From Oscillospiraceae bacterium (lineage in GTDB: Bacteria; Bacillota; Clostridia; Oscillospirales; JAVBQB01): a stretch of 64,000 nt of DNA. The notes under the pieces are model-generated. The model saw nothing but the letters and a program-made list of their open reading frames with translations, was not told where the DNA came from and searched no databases. Shown here in pieces: positions 43,660-53,688 of this stretch. Positions within the stretch are counted from its first letter, which is position 1. Each line of letters starts with the position of its first letter. A program made the translations under genes and the position numbers. The stretch is taken from positions 21,322 through 85,321 of the forward strand of contig CAXXFP010000002.1 in assembly GCA_963678505.2 (NCBI GenBank). The letters run 5' to 3'.

Positions 43660-46141
43660 TCTTTTTCTTCCTTGTCGGGGACTTTGCTTTTTCTCCGTCA
43701 GCGGCCTTTTTAGCACGCGTCGATTTCTTCGGCGCGGCCGTCTCTCCCGGCTTCGCCGCGACCTTTTTGGCGGGCTTCTTCGGCGCGGCGGTTTCTTCCG
43801 GCTTTTCCGCCGCCTTTTTGGCGCGCGCGGGCTTTTTCGGCGCGGCCGTCTCTCCCGGCTTCGCCGCAGCCTTTTTGGCGGGCTTCTTCGGTGCGGCGGT
43901 TTCTCCCGGCTTCGCCGCAGCCTTTTTGGCGGGCTTTTTCGACGCGGCCTTGGCGGTTTCTTTCTTCGCGCGGGAAGCGGGCTTTGTCTCTTTATTTTCA
44001 GCATCCGCCTGCTCGCCGGTCTTGTCCGTCGCGGCCTTTTTCTTGTAGCCGCGCTTGTCCTCAGGCAGAAAAACGGCGCAATCGGGATTAATACAGTACG
44101 GCTTACAGAAGCCCTTTCCCTGCCTGCGGAAAAGCGACTTCCCGCACTCGGGGCATTTATCCTTAACCGGCATATCCCAGGTCATAAAGCTGCATTTGGG
44201 ATGATTTGTGCAGCCATAATAAGTATAACCGTTTTTTGACTTCTTCTTCAGGATCATACCGCCGCAAAGCAGGCATTCGCCAACGGTCTCCTCGGCGATG
44301 GGCTTCGTATTTTTGCATTCCGGATAACCCGGGCAGGCCAGAAAACGCCCGAAACGCCCGTGCTTGATAACCATTTTACGCCCGCACAGCTCACACACAA
44401 CGCTCGTTTCCTCGTCGGGTATCTTGATGTTGACCTTCTCGAGCTCCTGCTCCGCTTTCTCCATTTCTGCGGAGAAATCGTGGTAAAACTCCTCAAGCGT
44501 CTGCCGCCAGTCCTTTTTGCCTTCCTCGATCTTATCCAGATTATTTTCCATACGCGCGGTGAACTCGACGTCCACAATATCGGAAAACTTATCCTTCATA
44601 AGCTTTGTGACGACCTCGCCCAGAGGTGTGGGAAACAGTGCGCGCCCCTCCTTGCGGACGTACTCGCGCCCTAAGATAGTGGTGATTGTAGGCGCGTACG
44701 TACTCGGACGTCCAACGCCGTTTTTCTCCATGGTCTGGATAAGCGTCGCCTCGTTAAAGCGCGCGGGCGGCTGGGTAAAATGCTGACCCGGTTTAAAGCT
44801 GAGCAGCTCGAGCGGCTCGCCCTCCTTCAGATCGGGCAGCGCCTCCTCGGGCTCCTCCGCCTCGTCATCCCGACCTTCCTCATACACGGCGGTAAAGCCG
44901 GGGAAACGAACGGAGGTATTGTTGGCGCGGAATATATATCCCGCGGACAGCGTATCGATGCTCAGCGTGTTATATACGGCATTTTCCATCTGGCAGGCGA
45001 CAAAGCGCTCCCAGATAAGCTTATACAGGCGATACTGCTCACTTGTCAGATCCCCCTTGAGTTTATCGGGGGACAGTCCGACGCTTGTCGGGCGGATGGC
45101 TTCATGCGCGTCCTGTGCGTTGCCGCTGCTTTTATACCGCTTTGGCGAGGACGGGCAATACTCCGCGCCGAACCGCGCACGAATATACTCCCTGACCTCG
45201 CTGATGGCTTCCTCCGACAACCGGAGCGAATCGGTACGCATATAGGTAATCAGGCCGGTCATTCCCTGCCCTTCGATATCAATGCCTTCGTAAAGCTGCT
45301 GCGCGATGGACATGGTGCGGCGGGACGTCATATTGAGCTTGCGCGAAGCGTCCTGCTGCAGCGTCGAGGTAATAAACGGCGGCACGGGGGACCGCTGCTT
45401 TTTCCCGATTTTCACCGTTTTAACGGAAAACGTGGAACCGCGCACGGCGTCGAGCACCACGCCCGCCTCCTGCTCGGTCTTGAGCTCCAGCTTTCCCTTC
45501 TCATTTCCAACAAAACGCGCAGTAAAACCCTCTTTGCCGCTGTTCGGCCTTGTCAGGCGCACATCAAGCGACCAGTACTCCTCGGCCACGAACGCGCGGA
45601 TCTCCTCCTCGCGGTCAACCACGATGCGCGTGCACACGGACTGTACGCGCCCGGCCGACAGGCCCCTTTTTATTTTGCGCCACAGCAGCGGGGAAAGCTC
45701 GTAGCCGACAATGCGGTCGAGCACACGCCGCGCCTGCTGTGCGTTTACAAGATCCATATCGATCAGGCGCGGATTTTTAATACTCTCCGTCACCACATGC
45801 TTGGTAATTTCATTGAAGGTCACGCGGATGGCCTTTTCTCCGTCAAGCCCCAAAAGCTCCTTCAAGTGCCAGGAAATTGCCTCCCCCTCGCGGTCAGGGT
45901 CAGTCGCAAGATAGACGTTTTTACTGGATGCGGCGGATTTTTTCAGCTCGCTGATCATTTTTTCCTTGCCCTCAATGGCCTGGTATTTGGGTATAAAGCC
46001 GCCCTTGATATCCACGCCCATTTTGCTGCGCGGCAAATCGCGCAAATGCCCCATGGATGCCTTAACCGTATAGTCATCCCCGAGATATTTGGCTATTGTT
46101 TTGGCCTTTGCCGGTGATTCAACAATCACAAGATTGGACAT
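43652..46141 (-). CDS. topA: DNA topoisomerase I with a Lys/Ala/Pro-rich repetitive C-terminal tail
   Basis: LVIVESPAKAKTI, TOPRIM/DPDREGE, active-site region YITYMRTDS and C-terminal Zn ribbons, followed by a basic tail of about 110 aa. I prefer the ATG at 46139-46141, 6 nt after GGAGG. Confidence 0.95.
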   Translation of the reverse strand: MSNLVIVESPAKAKTIAKYLGDDYTVKASMGHLRDLPRSKMGVDIKGGFIPKYQAIEGKEKMISELKKSAASSKNVYLATDPDREGEAISWHLKELLGLDGEKAIRVTFNEITKHVVTESIKNPRLIDMDLVNAQQARRVLDRIVGYELSPLLWRKIKRGLSAGRVQSVCTRIVVDREEEIRAFVAEEYWSLDVRLTRPNSGKEGFTARFVGNEKGKLELKTEQEAGVVLDAVRGSTFSVKTVKIGKKQRSPVPPFITSTLQQDASRKLNMTSRRTMSIAQQLYEGIDIEGQGMTGLITYMRTDSLRLSEEAISEVREYIRARFGAEYCPSSPKRYKSSGNAQDAHEAIRPTSVGLSPDKLKGDLTSEQYRLYKLIWERFVACQMENAVYNTLSIDTLSAGYIFRANNTSVRFPGFTAVYEEGRDDEAEEPEEALPDLKEGEPLELLSFKPGQHFTQPPARFNEATLIQTMEKNGVGRPSTYAPTITTILGREYVRKEGRALFPTPLGEVVTKLMKDKFSDIVDVEFTARMENNLDKIEEGKKDWRQTLEEFYHDFSAEMEKAEQELEKVNIKIPDEETSVVCELCGRKMVIKHGRFGRFLACPGYPECKNTKPIAEETVGECLLCGGMILKKKSKNGYTYYGCTNHPKCSFMTWDMPVKDKCPECGKSLFRRQGKGFCKPYCINPDCAVFLPEDKRGYKKKAATDKTGEQADAENKETKPASRAKKETAKAASKKPAKKAAAKPGETAAPKKPAKKAAAKPGETAAPKKPARAKKAAEKPEETAAPKKPAKKVAAKPGETAAPKKSTRAKKAADGEKAKSPTRKKKSE
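43727..43945. repeat. Four tandem ~51-57-nt repeats inside the topA 3' end
   Basis: The repeated DNA TTCGGCGCGGCCGTCTCTCCCGGCTTCGCCGC..CCTTTTTGGCGGGCTTC encodes (PAKKAAAKPGETAAPKK)n. Confidence 0.85.
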
Positions 46142-46252
46142 GTACATCCTCCATTTGATTCATTCTGCGTTCATTATGTGCGCTTGATCGCTTTCGGGAT
46201 AGACGCCGGCACATTGCCGCGCGGCCGCCCCGTCTGCGCAACCAGCGCGAAA

Positions 46253-47455
46253 TTATCCCCCGACATTTGCGTTAAAGTACTTTCCTGGCAGCTGAGAAAC
46301 GATGCCGGAAAGCTCAAGAAGCGTCAGCTGCGCGGAAACTATCTGCGGGGAAAGCTGCGTAATACTGATAATATCATCAATATGCAGCGGCTGCCCTGCA
46401 ATTGTTACTATAATCGCACGCTGCGGTTCTGTAAAGTTTTTTATTTTTTCTTCCAACGCGGGCAGGACGCCCGCGTCGGGCTGGGCGCACCTTTGGGCAA
46501 GCGGCGCCGGCTGTGCGGGCAGCGTGCGCATTTCCTGCGGCAAGGCGGCATTTTCCTGTTTTAAAAGTGCTATTTTATGCGGGTACAGCGGCATATATTC
46601 CCGCAGGACATCCAGACAGCCGGTCACGATCTGCGCGCCGTCGCGGATGAGCGCATTGCACCCGGCGCTGGTTTCAACGCCGATATTCCCGGGTACGGCA
46701 AAAACGTCCCTTCCCTGCTCAAGCGCGCGCGCCGCGGTTATGAGCGCTCCGCTTTTTGCGGGCGCCTCGGTCACAAGCACCCCGACTGACAGGCCGCTCA
46801 GGATGCGGTTGCGCACGGGAAAATGCGCCCCGACGGCGGGTGTTCCCGGCGGATATTCGCTGATGAGCGCGCCGGTGGCCGCAATGTGCTCATATAGGCG
46901 GCGGCTCGACTGAGGATACACCACATCGGTGCCGCAGCCAAGTACCGCGATGCTCGGCGCCCCGGCGCGTGCGCTTGCGCTGTGCGCACAGGCGTCAATG
47001 CCCTCGGCAAGGCCCGACACGATGAGCATGCCCGCGGCAGCCAGTTCAAAGCACAGCTTGTCCGTAACCTGAAGGCCGTACGCCGTGGCCCTGCGCGTAC
47101 CGACAACGCCCAGCGCCGCCTCCTCGTCGATGGCGGGTAATCTGCCTTTGATATATAAAACGCAGGGCGGATCATAGATGTTTTTCAGCCGCTCGGGATA
47201 GGCGGCGTCGCTGATGGTCAGGATGGAAACATTAAGACGCCGGCAGTCGGACAAAATCTTTTCAGCCTGCTCCATGGATTTTTTGCACAGATTTTTTCTG
47301 TCCGCGCCGGTCAGCCCCGGCACGCTGTCATAATCGGATTCTGCGGCAAAGAAGACATTTTCCGGGCTGCCAAAATAATCGATGAGCGTCATCGTTTTTT
47401 TAGCGGCGATCTCTCTCAGACTGGAAAGCCACAACCAATACTTGAGCGTTGACAT
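46253..47455 (-). CDS. dprA: DNA-processing protein DprA (Smf)
   Basis: Rossmann-like core IVSGLAEGIDACAHSASARAG...VTEAPAKSGALITA plus a C-terminal winged-helix extension. Confidence 0.9.
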   Translation of the reverse strand: MSTLKYWLWLSSLREIAAKKTMTLIDYFGSPENVFFAAESDYDSVPGLTGADRKNLCKKSMEQAEKILSDCRRLNVSILTISDAAYPERLKNIYDPPCVLYIKGRLPAIDEEAALGVVGTRRATAYGLQVTDKLCFELAAAGMLIVSGLAEGIDACAHSASARAGAPSIAVLGCGTDVVYPQSSRRLYEHIAATGALISEYPPGTPAVGAHFPVRNRILSGLSVGVLVTEAPAKSGALITAARALEQGRDVFAVPGNIGVETSAGCNALIRDGAQIVTGCLDVLREYMPLYPHKIALLKQENAALPQEMRTLPAQPAPLAQRCAQPDAGVLPALEEKIKNFTEPQRAIIVTIAGQPLHIDDIISITQLSPQIVSAQLTLLELSGIVSQLPGKYFNANVGG

Positions 47456-47495
47456 CGGTGTACCTCCGTCCCGCCGGCAAAAGCCGGCCCCGTCC

Positions 47496-48275
47496 CTATT
47501 GCTTCCCCGCGGTCTTTTTACTCATTTCCCACATGACTATGCTTGCGGCCACAGCGGCGTTTAAGGATTCGCTTTTCCCCGGCATCGGGATACGCAGCCT
47601 TTTCCCGCACAGGGCAAGCATCTGCGCCGACACCCCCGGTCCTTCGCTGCCGATGACTACGGCGGCGTGCGACAGGTCGATCTGATCAATCTCAACGGCG
47701 TCCGGGTCGTTATCGGCGGCGTAAAGCGTCAGGCCGGACGCTTCAAGCGCCGCGGCCGCCTCGGCGCGGCTCAGTTCAATAATCCTCTGGCGAAAAACAG
47801 CGCCCATCGTGGCGCGCACGCACTTGGGGTTAAACGGATCGGCGCAGGCGCCGGCGAGAAGCACCGATGAAATGGAAAAAGCGTCGGCGGTGCGTATCAC
47901 CGTTCCGACGTTGCCGGGATCCTGCACCCCATCCAGTACGATATGACAGCCGGCTTCCAAAACGCCGGGCAGCGCGGTATCGGGCATACGGCAGGTAAAG
48001 AGCACCCCCTGCGGGTTTAAAACACCCGCCACACTCTGTAAAAGTGCGTCATCCACCGCCACAAGGCGCGCATTGATCCCCTCCGGCAGGGAAATGGCGG
48101 CGCTGTCTGAAATCAGCACTGTTTCAAGCTCGACGCCGCTTGAAACAGCTTCTTCGAGCAGCTTCGGCCCGTCGCACACAAAGCTTCCTGACTGCCTGCG
48201 GTAATCCCTGTCCGAAATCAACCTGCGGATATGTTTGATCAAAGGGTTTACGCGGCTTGTGATTGTCTCCATCAC
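47496..48275 (-). CDS. TrmH/SpoU-family RNA 2'-O-methyltransferase
   Basis: VLDGVQDPGNVGTVIRTADAF...VIGSEGPGVS...IPMPGKSESLNAAVAASI. Confidence 0.88.
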   Translation of the reverse strand: MMETITSRVNPLIKHIRRLISDRDYRRQSGSFVCDGPKLLEEAVSSGVELETVLISDSAAISLPEGINARLVAVDDALLQSVAGVLNPQGVLFTCRMPDTALPGVLEAGCHIVLDGVQDPGNVGTVIRTADAFSISSVLLAGACADPFNPKCVRATMGAVFRQRIIELSRAEAAAALEASGLTLYAADNDPDAVEIDQIDLSHAAVVIGSEGPGVSAQMLALCGKRLRIPMPGKSESLNAAVAASIVMWEMSKKTAGKQ

Positions 48276-48934
48276 AGGTCGCGAACTTTATTGAGGGCGG
48301 AGTTTGCGCCGACGACGATGAGCACGTCGTTGGCTTTGACAATATATGAACCCGGCGGTGAAACAACCACTTTTTCCTTATCCGCACCGCGTACGGCAAT
48401 GATATTAAGTCCGTGCTCCGAGCGAACGCCGATATCCTTCAGGCTTCTGTTCTGCCAGGAATTCGGCGCGGAGGTCTCGATGATGCTGAAATCTTTGGAA
48501 AGCTCGATAAAATCGATAATGTTGGTGGAAGAAAGATTTTGCGCCAGACGCTGCCCCATGTCGCGTTCAGGGAAAACCACCCTGTCCGCGCCGATGCGCT
48601 GGAGCACTTTCATATGCATCTCGCTTTGCGCCTTGCAAATGACGTACTTGGCCCCCAGTTCCTTAAGCATCAGGGTAGTCAGTACGCTGTCCTGCAGACT
48701 GTCCGCGATGGCGACGATCACGCAGTCAAAATTACGCACGCCGATGGAACGCATAACGGCTTCATCCTTGGCGTCTCCAACGACGGCATGAGTCACATGA
48801 TCTGCGATTTTCCCGATAAGCTCCTCGTGCTCGTCAATGGCGAGCACCTCATGCCCCAGCTTATAAAGCTCCGTTGCGACCGCGCTTCCGAAGCGTCCCA
48901 TGCCTATCACAATAAAGGATTTCATAATAACCAA
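48272..48934 (-). CDS. trkA: K+ uptake system NAD-binding subunit TrkA/KtrA
   Basis: The IVIGMGRFG Rossmann motif plus an RCK_C domain. The start may be the ATG at 48925. Confidence 0.9.
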   Translation of the reverse strand: MVIMKSFIVIGMGRFGSAVATELYKLGHEVLAIDEHEELIGKIADHVTHAVVGDAKDEAVMRSIGVRNFDCVIVAIADSLQDSVLTTLMLKELGAKYVICKAQSEMHMKVLQRIGADRVVFPERDMGQRLAQNLSSTNIIDFIELSKDFSIIETSAPNSWQNRSLKDIGVRSEHGLNIIAVRGADKEKVVVSPPGSYIVKANDVLIVVGANSALNKVRDL

Positions 48935-49041
48935 CTTGCCTTTCCGGCCCGCAGCTTCAATTTTATACGCACGCTTACTGCAGGCCGCATAAGTCGCGCA
49001 TAGGGTATAAGATCAATGAAAGCGTCACGCGCAATAATTAT

Positions 49042-50433
49042 TTATCCGACGAGAACCTTGCTTTCCGGATACTTGATTTTCGAGCTGTGATGCAGATCCA
49101 TCATAATCGCAATGCTCAGCGTCAGCACCCCGACACGCCCGAAGTACATCAGCAAAATCAGGATGAGCTGGGACACGGGATGGAGCTGCGGTGTGATGCC
49201 CGTCGTCAGTCCCACGGTTGCAAAAGCCGAAATGGCCTCAAAGGAAAGCTGCAAAAAGGAAAACTTTTCAACAAACGCCATAATCAGGGTGGACACGATG
49301 ATGATCAAAACGCCAAACATGGAAACGGACGCGGCCTGAAGCGCCTGCTCGCGCGGAATGCTCCGCCCGAAAATCGACAGATTCTGTTTGCCGCGCATGA
49401 CGCAAACCATGTTTAAAAGCATCAGCCCCGCCGTAACGGTTTTGATACCGCCGGCAGTCGAGCCCGGGGAGCCGCCCACAAACATCAGCAGCATGGTAAC
49501 GATTTTAGATGACTCCCTCATGCTGTTTTCGTCTATGGAGTTAAATCCCGCCGTTCTGGGCGTAACCGACTGGAAGAAGGATGCCAGAACGCGCTGGCCG
49601 GGCGCCATATCCTTCATGGTGCCGGGATTGGAGTATTCCGCGACGTAAAAAAACAGTGCGCCGCCGAAAACCAGAACCGCCGTGATGAGAAGCACCATCT
49701 TGGTATGTAGGTGCAGGCATAGAAATTTATGCTCGTTGCAGCGTTTCTGATACAGATCTTCCCACACAAAAAAACCGAGGCCGCCCAAAACGATGAGGGA
49801 CATGACGACCATGTTGACCGCAAAGTCGCCGGAATAGTTTGTAAGACTGATAAACGGCGACTGCTCGCCCATAAGATCAAAGCCCGCGTTGCAGAAAGCG
49901 GACACTGCGTGAAATATACCCTTGAATATTCCTTTTTTAATTCCAAAATCCTGTGAAAATCGGATGGAGAGGATGACCGCCCCCGTTCCCTCCGCCATCA
50001 GCGTCCATATCAGGATATGGCGCATCATGCGGACAACGCCGGCGATGTCGTTTAGGTTGAGCGACTGCATCATCACAAGCCTCTGCTGAAGGCCGATGGT
50101 ACGGCGCAGCAGAAAGGAAAAGATGCACGCGATCGACATGAAGCCTAGCCCGCCGATCTGAATAAGAAACATGATCACGACCTGCCCGAACGTAGACCAG
50201 TAGGTCATGGTGTCCTGAAGAACAAGCCCGGTCACGCATACTGCGGAAGTCGAGGTAAACAGCGCCGTCAGAAACGGGGCGGACACGCCGCCGCGGGTGG
50301 ATATGGGCAGGCACAGAAGCGCCGCGCCCAGCAGGATGACTGTTAAAAATCCGAAAGATACAATGCGCGTGGGGCTGACATTTTCATGCCAGGGAATCAA
50401 TTTACGGAAAAAGCTGCGCGTTTCATTGCGCAT
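49042..50433 (-). CDS. trkH: K+ transporter TrkH/KtrB
   Basis: 463-aa polytopic membrane protein with repeated MPM-type motifs (CVTGL, NAGFD, RTAGF, ATVGLTTG). Confidence 0.9.
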   Translation of the reverse strand: MRNETRSFFRKLIPWHENVSPTRIVSFGFLTVILLGAALLCLPISTRGGVSAPFLTALFTSTSAVCVTGLVLQDTMTYWSTFGQVVIMFLIQIGGLGFMSIACIFSFLLRRTIGLQQRLVMMQSLNLNDIAGVVRMMRHILIWTLMAEGTGAVILSIRFSQDFGIKKGIFKGIFHAVSAFCNAGFDLMGEQSPFISLTNYSGDFAVNMVVMSLIVLGGLGFFVWEDLYQKRCNEHKFLCLHLHTKMVLLITAVLVFGGALFFYVAEYSNPGTMKDMAPGQRVLASFFQSVTPRTAGFNSIDENSMRESSKIVTMLLMFVGGSPGSTAGGIKTVTAGLMLLNMVCVMRGKQNLSIFGRSIPREQALQAASVSMFGVLIIIVSTLIMAFVEKFSFLQLSFEAISAFATVGLTTGITPQLHPVSQLILILLMYFGRVGVLTLSIAIMMDLHHSSKIKYPESKVLVG

Positions 50434-50510
50434 AGTTTATCACCTTCAGGCCCCGGATATATTTTTTTGTTGCGGAGCCTCATTTAATCGTGTACGCTTG
50501 GCAACTGCGC

Positions 50511-51137
50511 CTACGGCTTGTCTATAAGCGCCGCAAGCGCTTTTCCCGCCGCGGCGTAGCTTTTCTGCGTCTTGGGGTCGTTTATGTCCGCTGCCCGCCT
50601 GAAGCAGGCCAGGTAGCTTGTGTTCTTTTCCTGACTGATTGTTTTCAGTCCCGCCCGCTCAAAAACGGGGAGGCTGTCCACACGGATGTAATACTCGTCG
50701 CCGTCCGTACCGGTAAGTCCGAGGTTTTCAAGCGGCTCAAACAAACCCTTTGGCCTGTAATCGTCCGCCGTCACTTTGTCCATCACATACAGCACAATCG
50801 AGTCGTCCGACAGCAGCGTGCTCAGTTTCATGGTGCTGGCATACCCCATCTGGTCGCTTTCATTGAGACTGATGGGCACGACATAGGAATAGCTCTTTCC
50901 ATCCCCGTTAACGTCCCCGACGGCATCCTGAAGCGTCTGATTGATTTCGCTCATCTGATCATCCGCAATCGGGTTCGTGGAGGCGATGATGACCTGAAAA
51001 TCGGGCTGTGTGTTTGTCGCAACGTCGTGAATAAAGGCAATCGCCATAAAAAGCGCAATGCCCCCAATCACAACATGCCATTTATAATGATACCAGAATA
51101 CATTCTGAAACCAGTGCTTGAAATTTTTATCATCCAT
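50511..51137 (-). CDS. Hypothetical membrane-anchored protein
   Basis: One N-terminal TM helix (VVIGGIALFMAIAFI) followed by a soluble domain. No family recognised. I prefer the ATG at 51135-51137. Confidence 0.5.
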   Translation of the reverse strand: MDDKNFKHWFQNVFWYHYKWHVVIGGIALFMAIAFIHDVATNTQPDFQVIIASTNPIADDQMSEINQTLQDAVGDVNGDGKSYSYVVPISLNESDQMGYASTMKLSTLLSDDSIVLYVMDKVTADDYRPKGLFEPLENLGLTGTDGDEYYIRVDSLPVFERAGLKTISQEKNTSYLACFRRAADINDPKTQKSYAAAGKALAALIDKP

Positions 51138-51201
51138 ACCTAAGGCTTCCTTTCCGTACGGCGCGCCGCCGAAAGAAAACAACCCGCAAATGATCCGAAA
51201 G

Positions 51202-52701
51202 CTACTCCTGCGGCTTCATGGTGGGAAACAGAATGACATCCCGGATGGAAGGGCTGTCGGTAAGCAGCATAACGAGCCGGTCGATGCCGATGCCCTCGCC
51301 GCCCGTCGGCGGGAGCCCGTACTCGAGCGCGTTTAAAAAATCCTCGTCGAGCATATTGGCTTCCTCATCGCCCGCCGCGCGCAGCGCCGCCTGGCGCATA
51401 AAGCGCTCGCGCTGGTCAAGCGGATCGTTAAGCTCCGAAAAGGCGTTTGAAAGCTCGCGCCGCGTGACGAAAAGCTCGAAGCGGTCGGTAAGCCTTTTGT
51501 CGTCCGGGCAGCGCTTGGCAAGCGGAGAGATTTCCACAGGGTGCCGTGTGATGAACACGGGCTGGACAAGCATGTCCTCAACCTTCTGGTCAAAGCACGC
51601 ATACAGCAGTTCTCCCCAGCTCGGCGCGCCGTCAAATGCCACGCCGATGCGCTCGGCCTCGCTGCGCGCCTGCCCGTCGGAATCGATGCGCATGAAATCA
51701 ACGCCCGTATATTTTAAAACAGCCTCCGCCATGGTCATCCGCTGCCAGGGCGGCGTCAGGTCGATTTCCTCACCCTGATAGGATATTTTGCAGGTTCCGA
51801 GGATTTTCTGTGTCAGCGTGGAAATCATCTGCTCGGTAAGCTCCATGATATCCTCAAAATTGGCATACGCCTGATAAAGCTCAATAGTCGTAAACTCCGG
51901 ATTGTGCTTAATGTCCATGCCCTCGTTGCGGAAAATGCGCCCGATCTCATACACACGCTCAATGCCGCCGACCACCAGACGCTTGAGGTGCAGCTCCGTG
52001 GCGATACGTAGGTACATATCCATGTCCAGCGTGTTGTGGTGCGTGATGAACGGACGCGCGGCCGCGCCGCCGGCAAGGGTGTTTAAAACCGGCGTTTCCA
52101 CTTCCATATATCCGCGCTCATCCAAAAATCGCCTGATTTCAGAAATAACACGGCTGCGTATCTCAAATGTGCGGCGCACCTCGGGGTTCATGATCAGGTC
52201 AACATACCGCTGGCGGTAGCGCAGCTCCAGGTCGCGCAGACCATGGAATTTCTCGGGCAGCGGACGAAGGGATTTTGAAAGCAGCGTGATCTGCTCGCAG
52301 CGCACGGAGATTTCACCCTTGTGCGTGCGGAAAACCTCGCCCGCAACGCCGATAATATCGCTGATGTCGTTTTTCTTAAAGGCGGCATACGCCTCCTCGC
52401 CCAGCGCATCCTGCCGCACATACAGCTGAATGCGCCCGCGGTCGTCCATCAGGTCGCAGAAGGACGCTTTGCCCATATCTCTTTTTGACATGATTCTTCC
52501 GGCAAGGCTTACGGTCTTGCCGTCCATCTCGTCAAATTTCTCTTTTATATCAGACGAATACGCGTCGCGCTCGAAGCGCGTCTGCGTATACGGATCATTG
52601 CCGCTCTGGCATAGCTCCCTGAGCTTTTGCCGGCGAACCTTGATCACCTCGGTCAGGTTCTCATCCGAAAGTAATTCTCCCCCGTTGTTTTCATCGGCCA
52701 C
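51202..52701 (-). CDS. lysS: Lysyl-tRNA synthetase (class II)
   Basis: OB-fold N-domain and class II motifs ([36 protein letters not shown]). Confidence 0.96.
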   Translation of the reverse strand: MADENNGGELLSDENLTEVIKVRRQKLRELCQSGNDPYTQTRFERDAYSSDIKEKFDEMDGKTVSLAGRIMSKRDMGKASFCDLMDDRGRIQLYVRQDALGEEAYAAFKKNDISDIIGVAGEVFRTHKGEISVRCEQITLLSKSLRPLPEKFHGLRDLELRYRQRYVDLIMNPEVRRTFEIRSRVISEIRRFLDERGYMEVETPVLNTLAGGAAARPFITHHNTLDMDMYLRIATELHLKRLVVGGIERVYEIGRIFRNEGMDIKHNPEFTTIELYQAYANFEDIMELTEQMISTLTQKILGTCKISYQGEEIDLTPPWQRMTMAEAVLKYTGVDFMRIDSDGQARSEAERIGVAFDGAPSWGELLYACFDQKVEDMLVQPVFITRHPVEISPLAKRCPDDKRLTDRFELFVTRRELSNAFSELNDPLDQRERFMRQAALRAAGDEEANMLDEDFLNALEYGLPPTGGEGIGIDRLVMLLTDSPSIRDVILFPTMKPQE

Positions 52702-52778
52702 AGGATTGTCCCCCTTGTTCTTTTGTTGCGTTTCTGCCGGCGAAAATCCTACGCCGGACCGCTTTCATTTTACGCCAA

Positions 52779-52801
52779 ACCGCCGGCTTTTGGCCGGCGG
52801 T
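52779..52801 (-). terminator. Hairpin after greA
   Basis: ACCGCCGGC/GCCGGCGGT 9-bp stem with a short U-tract on the minus strand. Confidence 0.45.
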
Positions 52802-52890
52802 AATTACAATATCATATTTTTATATGAAACTCCATAGGCAATACCTGAAATCGTCAATCGTATTAAAAATTACTAATACCGGCATAAACC

Positions 52891-53364
52891 TTATCTTTGG
52901 ATTTCGAGAATCTGGTACTTCAGGGTAAAAGCGGGCGCCTTGACCTGTACCTCCTCGCCCACGCGCTTGCCGATGAGCGCCCTGCCAAACGGAGACTCGT
53001 CGGATATGCGGCTCTCGGCGGGATTTGCCTCCTGTGAGCCGACGATCTGATAGGCCTCGCTTGCGCCGGTGTCAAGATCCTTGATGACAACGCGGCAGCC
53101 CGTGGCCACCTCGTCGGTCTTAATGTTGGCTTCATCGATCAGGATAGAGTTTGCGAGAATATACTCCAACTCGCCGATACGCGAATAGAGCCGCCCCTGT
53201 TCGTTTTTTGCTTCATCATATTCGCTGTTTTCAGACAGGTCTCCGAAGGAACGCGCCTCTTTTATCTGTTCGGCCACTTCTTTTTCGCGAACCGTCTTTA
53301 AGTAAGTCAGCTCTTCTTCCAGGCTGTTGCGCCTTTCGCGTGTGAGCTTATAGGTTTTCTGCAT
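52891..53364 (-). CDS. greA: Transcription elongation factor GreA
   Basis: LEEELTYLKTVREKEVAEQIKEARSFGDLSENSEYDEAKNEQ... ATG at 53362-53364 after AAAGGAAGG. Confidence 0.93.
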   Translation of the reverse strand: MQKTYKLTRERRNSLEEELTYLKTVREKEVAEQIKEARSFGDLSENSEYDEAKNEQGRLYSRIGELEYILANSILIDEANIKTDEVATGCRVVIKDLDTGASEAYQIVGSQEANPAESRISDESPFGRALIGKRVGEEVQVKAPAFTLKYQILEIQR

Positions 53365-53576
53365 GAATAAGCCTTCCTTTCGTTTGTCCCGATATGACAA
53401 AAATCCGCAGCGCGCAACCGGTTATGAGAGATCGTATCCGCGCGCGGAAAGCAGTTTCACATTTGTATATCGTCGCAGTCGGTTTTTGCTTAACATATTT
53501 TATACAAAAGATAAAAGCCAGATAACCGGCTTTGAAAGTGCCAACCTTATACTACTTGCCGAGACTTTTAATTGGT

Positions 53577-53605
53577 ATTATAAGCAATCGTTTTCGTTCT
53601 GTCAA
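53577..53605 (-). promoter_or_regulatory. Promoter for greA (TTGACA-17-TATAAT), about 205-nt leader
   Basis: Perfect minus-strand hexamers at 53600-53605 and 53577-53582. Confidence 0.6.
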
Positions 53606-53688
53606 GCGGTACAATAAATACTATAAAAACAGGGATACCGGACCTCACCAACCGAAAACAGTCCAAAGTCCGCCCGGATGCTCTCTTT

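Noticed and set aside
43660-44004. A 115-codon Arg/Pro/Lys-rich N-terminal extension of the trmFO ORF (track ORF 42346-44004).
   Set aside because: It is the alternative frame of the topA repeat tail, kept open by the repeat composition. TrmFO homology starts at the GTG at 43657-43659 (VNEVKVIGAGLAG).
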